A stretch of 64,000 nucleotides of DNA from Lama guanicoe (Eukaryota): assembly GCA_013239625.1 (NCBI GenBank), contig MU054117.1, positions 498,001 through 562,000 on the forward strand, written 5' to 3'. Shown here piece by piece: positions 13,550 to 24,300 of this stretch. The stretch's first letter is position 1. Every line of letters starts with the position of its first letter. Below the pieces are notes generated by a model. That model searched no databases, had not been told where the DNA came from, and was given only the letters and a program-made list of their open reading frames with translations. The translations under genes were made by a program, and so were the position numbers.

Positions 13550-16500
13550 AGAGGAGCTGGGGTGTGGGCGCGGGGGGCCCTGGAGGGAGACGCCCGCTGT
13601 TCTCCCATCGGCTTTGAGTTCAGGCTTCTGAGCTGGTGGTCTGGGCCTACTTCTCTCCCAGACCACCCCTGGTTTTCTGGCCACAGACCCCAGGAACCTG
13701 GCCCTCTGACTCCCTGGCTGGCCCCTGGAACTTTCTATCAACTCTCCTGGGCTCTTGCGTCCCCTTTTGTTTTTTTTCTCTGCCCGTGTGCGTCTTTGTT
13801 TTCGTTTTTTTTCAGTAGAGCGGTGGCCCACCCAGTTGGTCCCCTCCCTCCAGCCTGAGTCAGCCCATCACCCTGACAATGATAGCACTTAAAAATTCAT
13901 TATTGTCGTTTGCATTTAAAAGGCAATCCCTTTGGCCCCAGGGCCATCTGTTTCTTGCATTACAACTTTAAAAATATTTAAGGCCCTCGCATTTACATTT
14001 TAACACGGGCCTCGCCAGGTTCTGTGTTTGGGGGTGGAGTCACCCCAAATCTCTACATCTGCGCTGGGGGAAGACAAGTTGCCTGGGAGGTTGGCCTGGC
14101 ATACCTATAGAACAATTCCAGGTGCAAATGCGGGTCTCGGCTAGTGGGGGGTTAGCGGGGGGCCCGCAGGCAGCCCGGCCCCCACGCCCTGACCCGGAGC
14201 CCACGTGGTCGCCGGTCTGACCGACAGGCTGGGCCAGCATTACAGGGTCTTTGGTAGGACTCGGGAAGTGGCTGCTAGTGGCGGATTTATGCTGAGCCCT
14301 GTCCGTTTTGTCCCCCGCCTCTGCCCTCCTTCGTGTGGACTGGCCTGGAGAAGTGTAGTGTCAGCTGGGAACTTCCCGAGCACTGCGGCCCCGACTGTTT
14401 TCTTCCTGCAGACCTCAGCTTCTCTCTTTGAAACTCGGGGAGGAGTCAGGACAGGGTGTGGGCGTCGGGACAGAAGCTGCACCACGCAGCGTGGGCTGCC
14501 GTGGTGGGTGGGCCAGGGCCCCCTCTCCTCCCACCGGGGTCCTGGCAGCTCCCCTCCCAGGAATTTGGGTCTTTTCATGTGTGCAGATAATGCCATAAAC
14601 TGCTGTTTCTTTTTCACGGGGACCCAGCTCCTGAAATGCAGTAGTTTTCAGCCCTGATTGCACTTAAGAACCATTAGAGAAGTTAAAAAAAACCCCACCA
14701 GTAGCCATGCCCCAGCCCAGAGAAGCAGATTTAACTGGTCTGGGGTGTGGCCTAGAGGGCTGTGGTTCCTGAAACCTCCCAGGTGACCTTACGTGCTGTC
14801 CAGCTGAGAGCCCGAGGGCCGGGACCAGCAGGCAAGAGGGCTGTCTTGGGTGTGCGGGTGGAGGGTTGGAAAGCTGACGCTGGCCGCTGGGCAGCCGGGG
14901 TGGGAGGGCGTGGGGCAGTGTCCAGGGAGAAGGGGAGGGCACGCGTGTGTGGGCACCGCCCGCCAGTCCACTCTGCAGAGCCAGGAGGAGTGTGACACGA
15001 TCCTGGCCTCCGGATGAGTGAGACCGAGGCCCGAGTGGGGTCCTGGCCCAGGACCCTCCGCCCCGCACATTGCCCGCCCCCATGCACGTGGGCTCTCAGG
15101 CGCTTTATCCCCGTTCCACACGCCTGCTTGCTCCGCAGGGACAGTCAAGGGAGGGAAGGTTCGGCACCCTCAGGCTCACCACTTGCCGTGGAACCCGGAT
15201 GGAGTCTACGAACATCTCTGCATTGAGGCCCTCACCTGTCACAAGGACCGGACGGACTGCCCGCCCACCGTGCGCGTGACAGGCGGTGGTGCCCGATGGG
15301 CTGTGCGCACCGTGAGGGCCCTCACTGCTGCTTTCACCTGGTCCCACCTCTTGGAAGCTGCAGGACGAGCCTCCTGGGCTGGTTATTGAAGCCCTGGGGC
15401 CTCCGTGTCAGCTTCTTGGACAACAGCGACAGTGATGGGGCCTGCACAGCAGTGGGAGGCACGCGGGGGCACAGCACACAGCACAAAGGGGGCCCCTCTG
15501 CCCCCACTGCTGTCCCTCTCGCCTGCTGGGGAGCCGCCCTCTCCCTGCTCAGACCCCCCTCCCTCCTGAGTGGGCACAGATCGGGGGCTTGGGGATTCAG
15601 AGGAGGCAGAGAGGTTTAGAACAGGGACAGGAAACGCACTTCGGGGCTAAAAGACCTGCTTAAGTCAGGGAACAAGGCCTGCCCACGCAGGGTCCTGTGT
15701 CCTGCTCCTGAGGCCCCTCGGTGACAAGAACTGGGAGGGGTAAGGACCCCCTGCAGCTGGATTCACTGGTCCGTTGTCCAGTGAACAAGCTGACGGAGGC
15801 GCCCGGAACAGTCTCTGTCCTCAGAGGAGATGCATCCTTCTATAAACACAGGTACCCGGGAGGGGCCCCTGACCGGCCCCTGAGCTGGTCTTTGTCCCTC
15901 GGGAGGGGTGGGGACTTCTGGAGAAAAGGAAGTCTAGGCTGAGATTGGAAAGTGGGAGTTGGTGGGAAGGGGAAGAAGAACTTTCCAGGCTCAGGGGACA
16001 GGGGACGCGTGCAGAGGCCTGGGGTCGGGGATCTGGGCCCGCCTGGGAAACGGCTGGAATTCAGGACTCTCGGGACACGGTGGAGTGAAGGGTGAGGCTG
16101 GTGGGGTGCCACGGGGGGACTCTTGGAGGGTTTTTAAACAAGAAGGGGCGTGCGCTGCCTTGCTTCCTGAAAGCCTCTCCCCCAGGGAGGGGACAGTCCT
16201 GGAGGAGCTCGGGCCTCAGATAAAGTGGGCTCCTCGGTGTGAGAAGCGCTCAGCCAGGGAGGTCTCGGTGTTTGGGCGGCTGGCCCTGTTCCTCCCCTCC
16301 TGCAGGGGACAGCCCCTCTCCAGAACAGCTGGGTCCCCCACCCGATGCCCCGTCAGCAGATGGTGATGAAAGTTCTTCACTCCAGGAAGGCTCAGGCCCC
16401 CACATCTGCGAAGAGAAAACACCAGCCAACGTGTACACAAGTCACCAAGGGCTGCTTCTTGTTTTTGGATTCAGAGGCCACACTGAAGGCGGAGTGATGG

Positions 16501-19500
16501 GTGATGAGTCCCTGAACCAGCCGGAGGGGAGACCCCAGGCAGGTTAGTAAGAAAAAGGGCCCCTCTCCCCAGAAAACGGGAAAGGAAAAATAAGAATGGA
16601 GCAAAACCATTACGGAGAGTGCCGAGGTAACGCGGGGCCTGCCAAGTGTGTGTCGGTGACTGGAGGCAGGATGCCGGGGCCCGAGGGTCGGTCAGTGTCC
16701 ACGGAAGGTGCGCGAGGATGAAGGCCAGGCCGCCCACAGGCCAGCGCTCACAGGAGGGAGGCTGCTGTGCACACGGGTGCTGCGCAGCGTCTAGCAAATT
16801 GCTGGTGGGGTTGCGGGTCTTTTCCCTGGCTTTTCTTTTCCAGGCTGCGGGCGTTGCCTGTCTCTGGGGAGCACGGTCAGGAGACTCAGTGCGCAACGTG
16901 CAAAATCTCAGTAACACCTTCGTTTTTAGTGTGGCACCCCTGTCCTTACGGAGGCCAGAAACAGCCACCTTTTCCGAAAACGGGCCTGGGGTGCTCTGCG
17001 GAAGGGACAGTGGGAGGCTGTCCGAGGCTCTGGATGTTTTGCTTTGAATGGTCTGACTTGCTTGGCTGTTCTCCTTTGAAAGGATCTGCATTGCCCCTGC
17101 CCCCCCCCCCGGTCTGGGACCCATTTGCACCCCTACTTTCGGAGGCAGCTGGGTTTTTTGTTGGCCTCGCTGCTGAGAAAACAGATTCGGCTGTTCTGAG
17201 ACTTCCAAGTTTTCAGCACTTGTTCATCTGTCTTCCAGCTTCCAAAACATTTCGCTGTTTCCCCCATTCCTATTGTCTTCATCCTGGTGAATACATGCTT
17301 AAAACCACGACAACGTCTCTCGCTGTCATTCAGTGGCTCCAGGAGGGGAGCTGGGGTAATCTACGGGCCTGGCCTGCCACCATGCTGAAGTCAGTCCGTG
17401 CACTTACAAATGCGCCCCAACCCAGAGCACGCTCGACCAGCTCTCTGAGGACCCCATTCCTTGCAAGTTTGGTCACTGGGGTTCCTCAGTCCTCAGTCAA
17501 CAAGAAGGGACTCTTCAGAGGCGGGACCTCTGGAGGAAAGACCTGCCAGAAGGAGCAGGTTAGCTGCGGGCAGGGGGGACTGAAGAGCCGTGTGAGGAGT
17601 GAGTGCAGGCAGGGCTGCGGGCACCTCAGCGGGGACCCCCGCGTCTGACCCTGCCCAGCTGCCCCGTACCGGCTCTGTCAGGCCCGCGGCCAGTCCCCGC
17701 TCCCCCAGCGCACGCGGGTTCTGCAGCCCCACGGCTGGCCGAGTGCAGGCCCCAGAGCCAAGCTTTTGAGATGTGAAAACTAGGCCCTACTTTTAACCAG
17801 AGCTTTAGGACAGAAAAGCTTCGTCTTCAGCCCTGCCCTGGTGTTTTTTCAACCTTCAGACGAGTGCTGCTCAGAGTCGGCGGCCTGCCCTCCGACCGCC
17901 GGCTTTAATCCTAGCTTTTCTTTACTACTTGGTTGTCCTTCTGATTCCTCTAATTAACAAAAAAATTACTCTTGATCAGGGAGTTCCTAATTCCAGTCTG
18001 TTTTCACTTTTGAATTTCTTCTTGCTCCGTACGCCGATGGCCCTCTTACTTCTTGGAGTGGTGACAAGGGTCCTGGAGTTGCAGATGTGGATTTGTGTGT
18101 GACCTGGGGCAGAAGGCAGTGGGAGGGCTGGGAGGGTGGGCGGCGGGGCAGCCCGTGGACTGTCTGTGTGACACGGAGGCTGCACTGGTGACCACGGGTG
18201 TGTCACAGTATTGACTTCCAGTAGTAGTATCACTGGCAGTACTGAGACCGTGTTCTGCTCCAGGCAGGCCCTCCGCACCAAGCCCCAGGGCAGCCGGGCA
18301 GCCCTGCTTTGTCATCTTCATTTTCAGCCCAGAAGACTGCAGTACAGAGAGTTTCAGTGCCATGGCCGAGGCCACACAGCTCTGCGTGGCCAGGCCTGAC
18401 CTCGACCGCCGGCACCAGTGCTGCGTCCACTCCACTCTCCCTGCTGGAGCCGCTGTCCCCCGCCTTCCCGCCGCTCCCCACAGCCCCTGAGGTCCCCACC
18501 TCCCGCCCCTCCGCTGTCCTGTCCCCACGTCCCCGAGTCCCCCAGAAATGTTTACCTGTCATTACCTCTGCTTGTCCCCCTCCATCCAGTGGGTTGGCCC
18601 ACAATTCACCATTGCTTTTGCGGGGGCGCTTCCCACAGTTCACAAGCCGGTTCTGGAGTGCCTCCTGGTGGTCCGTGCGGCCCAGAACTGTGTTCTGGAT
18701 CCTACAAAACCCACGACACAGCCACTTCCAACCTCCCTGCGAAGGAGCACAGCCCACAGACTCGCAGGACCTGACGACGCAGATAACCCCAGACACAGGC
18801 GCGTACCGCGCGCACACGGACCCGCGCTCGGAGGCCCCCGGGCCAGGGGAAGTGAAACCACCCGGGAAAGTGAAGGGCCCGCCGCCCGCCCCCAGCAGAG
18901 CGGCGGGGGTACCAGCCAGCGGTCACAGCCTCCGGAGCCGCTCGAGGTAATGGCCTAGGTGGGGGGGGGGCGCGCTGTCGCTCACCGGGGGGCCCTTCCG
19001 GTAGGTGTGACAAGGGGCTCTGGGCCTGGGGACTTCCCTCAAAGGCACAGACGTGCAAGTTCCTTCCTCCATCTGGAAATAGATGAGTATATTTGTCGAG
19101 TTCTCATGCACCTTCTTTTAGAAGCAAAAGCGAGGCCTGGGAGCAAGAGGAGGTGAAGTGACACCTCAGGCAGGTGGCAGGGACGATTGGTGTTCCCTCC
19201 TGCGTGGCTGGGCCGGGCCAACCGGCTCCGGACACACTTCTGTCTGGCAGCCAGGAGGAGCCCCAGCTGCCGGCCACACAATGCTCGGGGGCCCTCAGGG
19301 GGATGGAGTGCGAGGTTTTGGAGGCTGGTGGCCCGTGTTACAGGTCACTGGGGAGAGGGGACAAGGGGCAGGGCCCTTGCTGGAGGATGCCATGGGGGCA
19401 GGGGAGATGGCACCGTGACGTCTTCCTGCCCAGAGATTTCACTTTTGGTAGACACTGTCCTCTGAGGAGAGGTTCAAGGACCAGGTGAGGTCACAGGGAC

Positions 19501-19721
19501 CCTCAGATTCAGGCTGCCACACCGCCGGCCCAGGGAACGGCCATCTGGTTCCTTAAAACTCCCTCCTGGAGTCTGATGAAATAATTGAATAAAAAAGATA
19601 CACAGAATAACTGAATGCTAACCCTGGATATGACATGTCCCAGAGATGACCACACATTCCATGTTTGTCATGTCCCTGTATCTCTGTTTACTTAATATTA
19701 TTCTTTAAATTAACTTGCTTT

Positions 19722-19847
19722 GGGGAAGAGGATATAGCTCAGTGGCAGAGTGTGTGCTTAGCCTGCACGAGGTCCTGGTTTCAATCTCCAGTACCTCCAT
19801 TAAAAATAAATAAATCTAATTACCACCTCCCAAAAAAAGCAAACAAA
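19722..19847 (+). mobile_element. vic-1-like SINE with 15-bp TSD
   Basis: TSD aaattaactt(g/t)cttt at 19707-19721 and 19848-19862; A-rich tail. Confidence 0.88.
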
Positions 19848-20681
19848 AAATTAACTTTCTTTTAGATTTTTTTCCATACATATCACATTTCAAGAACTAC
19901 TGGTCTCGTCCAGTTCACGTTTTTTTGCAGGTGAGACATGCGGTGATTTGCCCAAAGTCTCACAAAGATGTGGTAATATGGGGCTGTGCCTGGGGCCTCC
20001 TCATGAACCGTCCAGGTTCTTTCTGGTGGAAAGTGTCACACTGTCCCGTGTGCAGAAGGCAACCCCAGGTGTGATTCAAACAGTTCAGGTGCCACATGCA
20101 GGGGGGTCCCTCCCTCCTCCCTGAATCCCGGCGCACGGCCAGCCTGGGCAGCTGCCCTCGGGAAGCTTCGAGAACCTCTGATGCTGGTTCTCTGGAACTC
20201 CTGCAGGGCCGCGGGTCTCCGTTCTGGGACAGGTTCTTGTATGACTTATTTCCTTTTCCTCCCCCCAGCTTTTCTTTTTCCTTCTGGAATGTCTGTGATC
20301 TGGGGGTTGGACTTCCTGAACCAGTAACTGTCTCATCTCCTTCTCTCCTACTTTGACCTACTTTCTAAAACGGTTTCTTCAGTTCCATCTCTTAACGTTG
20401 CTGGCACACTTAAAACCTTCCAGCGCTCGTGTGTTCAGTTTGTAAAAGCGCTCTCTCATCCTGCTTTTCTACACCGCCTTGTTCCTGTTTCATGGACACG
20501 TCTCTTCTCGTCTCTGTGAGGATATTAGTTACACTTCTACTGAACTTTCATTTCCTGCACTAGTTCCTTCTGTGTTAGTTTTGGTTTTGTTTTTTGTTTT
20601 TTGTCATGTTTCTCCATGAGCCTCGATCCTCTGCTCTCTGGCTACATACACATGTATTAAAAATTTTAAAGTTTGTTGGTC

Positions 20682-20800
20682 TTTTTTGGGGGGTAACTAG
20701 GTTTATTTATTTACTTATTTATATAGTTGCTTTAATGAAAGTACTGGGGATGGAACCCAGGGCCTCCTGCTAAGACGCCCTCTCCGGTGAGCTATACCCT
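20682..20800 (-). mobile_element. vic-1-like SINE
   Basis: gtactgggga.ggaacccaggg...gagctataccc. Confidence 0.75.
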
Positions 20801-21083
20801 CTGCTCTGGTGATATTTGAAAGTGAAACACTAACAACCTGGTTGCAGTGTCTTCCTCTATGATGAGCAGGCCTTGCTGAGGACAAGCTCCTGGCTGGGAG
20901 GCCTCACAGTGACCTTTGCTGCGGGACCCTCCTTGTCTGTAGCCATAGGCTCCCTCTCTGGGGTCTCGGAGAAGCGTAGTCTAGCAGGGTGCGAGGAGGG
21001 GCTCAGTTCCGCGCCTAACCCTGCACATTTCGCACCCAGCCTGCCCGGGTCTCCGTCTGAGCGGCCCCCTCTCGGGCATCCGG

Positions 21084-21390
21084 ATGCCGGCGCCACGCGC
21101 CCTGCCCTCCCTGCTGCTGGCCCTGGCCGTGTCTGCCCTCGGCTCGGCTGCGTCCGGAGACCCAGCGCGGGACCAGCTGCTGACGCGAGAGAAGGCGATG
21201 CGGGTGGGGGGCCTGCTGGTGCTGGAGGAGGAGGAGCAGCTGGCGGACCAGAGGCTCCGGGCCCTCAAGGAGGCCGAGATGCGGGAGGCGGCGCAGACCA
21301 GGACCTTCCCGCCCAGCATGCACTTCTTCCAGGCCAAGCGCCTCGTGGAGCGGAGTGCGGTGTTCCGGGTCCTGCAGAAGATGCCGAAAG
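21084..21390 (+). CDS. ADA2: ADA2 first coding exon (exon 2); acceptor likely at 21039/21040
   Basis: [22 protein letters not shown]...[28 protein letters not shown]; branch-like cctaac 21014-21019, cag 21037-21039, donor AAG|gtagcg. Confidence 0.95.
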
Positions 21391-24300
21391 GTAGCGGTGG
21401 AGGGGGGGTCCTCAGGGCGTGGAAGATGGGGGCACTGAACGTGGGCCCGGCGGGCCCGGCGGACGTGGGGCAGAGACTCCGCCGGCTGCTGCGCGCCCCG
21501 GAGGACGCCAGCCCTGAACTCCGGGGGCCTCGGCCTCAGAGACGGCAGGGAACGGGCCCGGGCGCCGGCAGTCACTCCTGGAGGGGCTGGGAACCGTCAC
21601 CCCGAGAACCGTTCTAGCCTTCTCCAGGGGCTAAGCTACCTAACAGGACACGTGCTGGAGGAATGCGCTTCCTGTAGTTTATGGCTGTAGCATCAACACA
21701 TTGCTGTGAACAGTAGAGTGATTACCGTCCTGCACACAGAAACAGCAGTTTGCCGCTTTAAGGACTTTCCTACTTTTGTTTTTAGTATTGCAGATATCAG
21801 AGTGTAAAAGCTGTGAGGAGCTGATGGAGAACATAAGATTTAGACCACAAGGGGCCTCAAATGGCGAAGCCTGCAGGAAGCATGAGGCGGCCGGTGGGGC
21901 CTGGGGGAGCGGGGTGAGAGAACCAGGACACGGCGGGACCCGCCGTGGGAGGGCGGGCGGGGCCCTTGTCACTCCTTTCCTTGCAGCCTCTGGAGGTGGG
22001 GTTCCCAGTGCAGAGCCAGACGCATTGGATTCCAAGCCTCTGGTGGTGTGGCCTCTCTGGACTGAGACCACCCAGGGCTTCTAACTCTTAACCTTGAGCC
22101 AGAAGTTAGCGGGTGCCCTGGAGGACACAGGCAGACGGGCGAGCTCTGAGCTGCAGAGGACAGGGTCCTGGGTTGCCAAGAAACTGCAAACCCTGTGTGT
22201 CCCCTTTCTTGTCTCCACTGCCCTCTCAGCCCCCCAGCCCCTAAGTCTGGGCCCACCAGCTCACTCCACCCTCCGCCCTCCTTTCTTTCAGGGGCGGCCT
22301 TACACGTCCACAACTTTGGCATCGTGAGTATGGACTGGCTGGTGAAAAATGTCACCTACAGGCCCCACTGCTACTTCTGCCACACCCGGAAAGGGACCAT
22401 GCTGTTCAGATTTGCTCACCCAAGCCCCCCGAAACCGGAGCCGGCAGAATGTTCCGAGTGGGTTTTGCTGGAGAAAGTTCGAAAGGGGCTGCAGAACGTC
22501 ACTGAGTTTGACCAGAGGTGGGTTCGGGAGGAGGGCTTCGAGCACCTGTTGCAGGTGGGGGAGGCGTGTGGCGTCTCCCAGGGACAGACCCTTACATAAA
22601 CATCTGGCCTTAAAAATATCACGAGGCTTTCTCTTAATTTTGTGAGATTTGCTTCACCAAGGCACTCAACACCTTTCCTGTCCACAGCGAGCTCCTGGTA
22701 TGTTTAAAATCCGATTTGATCAGCAACACAGCTGCTGCTTTGAATGGGATTTGTCCAGACCCTCAGTAGGACCAGGAAGAAGAGGGTCCCCTTTCCTGGG
22801 GCCCTGAGAGCCCAGTGGTAAATGAAACAGCTTGAAAACACGATGGGCAGCTTCCTAACAAAAGGCACAGTAACATCACACATAATGTTTATTACAGTCG
22901 GACAAGCAGCCACAGCGGGCTTTCACGAAGTATTTCCTTTACAAAGGAGAACACGCAGCTCAGCGTGGTTAAGGAGGTTACCGAGGCCGTGCAGCCGGAG
23001 AGCAGCTCACCAGGGATGTGAGCTGGGTCCCACCCTGCCGAGTCCGGAGTGGTCTCCATCTGAGCCCCCGTGCTGGTCGGCTGGGGCGGCCGAGATGGAA
23101 CACCACAGACCGGCAGCTTAAACAATAGGAATCCGCTTGGTCACAGCTCTGGGAGCTGACGTCCAAGGCCAGGGTGCAGGCAGGCCCTCCCAGGCCTCCC
23201 TCCTTGGCTGGGTGCACTCCTGGGGTCTCAGGCTCCACTCTCAATGACCTCATTTGACCTTAGTTACTTCCTTAAAGGCCCCACTTCCACACTTAGTCAC
23301 ACTGGGAGTTAGGGTTCAACATAAGAACTCTGGGGACACAACCCAGTGTGTAACACTCTCCAAGGAGAGCTTGGTCTGGGACGTCACTTCCGGGGAGTCG
23401 GCCCGGCTAAGAGGCCCAGGGAACAGGAGAGCACATCCCGCGAGCTGTCTCCTGGGGAGCACACGGCGGGTCCTGGGGCAGGGGGCCTCCATCCAGGAGC
23501 CCGGAAGCTTCCCTTGGCCTCTCCTCCCTGCTGGCTTCCGGGTGGGAGAAGTCAGGGGGCCCGAGTCCTGCGGGCCCTGGAGGCATGGCCTGCAGCACGC
23601 CCCCACCCTCTTTGTGTCCCAGCAGCCTGCTGAGAAGTTTCACCCTTGTGACCGAGAGCCCCCAGGTGACCTATGCAAACCAAGACATGGTCTGGGCCAA
23701 GTTTCAAACCATCTTCTTGTCGCTCTCCGGCCTCGTGAACCATGCACCGGTGTTCAGAGACTATATCTTCCGCGGCCTGGAGGAGTTCTACCAGGACAAC
23801 GTGCTCTACCTGGAGCTCAGGACCACGCTGTTCCCGGTGAGCTGCCCTGTCCCCTTGCTCCAGCAGGGCCAGGGGCACCCCAGCCAGTATGGCTTCACCT
23901 TGAGGGGCCCTGGGCTTCCCGGGGGCCACAGGAGCAAGGAAAGCTGAGCTGGAGGGTGCAGGGGGTGGGGGTAGAGGCAGGGGGCCTGAGGTGGCTGCCC
24001 AGGGGCGATTCACCAGAAGCAGAGCTGCTTGGGAGAGAAGCTTGAGGTGAGGCTGCAGGCTGCAGAGCTGGAGGGTGCAGGGGGTGGGGGTAGAGGCAGG
24101 GGGCCTGAGGTGGCTGCCCAGGGGCGATTCACCAGAAGCAGAGCTGCTTGGGAGAGAAGCTTGAGGTGAGGCCACTGGAGGGGTGTCCCTGGATGAGGGG
24201 GGGTGGGGGCAGGAGGGGGGCCTCTTCCAGAATAAGCTGAGAAAGGGGCCCTGAAATCATCCAGGGAGGTAAGAGACGGCTTCGCTGATTTGATTTTGAG

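Noticed and set aside
19722..19800. tRNA-like sequence
   Set aside because: SINE head with A-rich tail and TSD, repeated eight times in the window; not a tRNA gene
20873..21083. ORF containing PSERP, like the human ADA2 N-terminus
   Set aside because: Different frame, lies in the 5' UTR/intron; the ggcatccggATG context points to 21084 as the start
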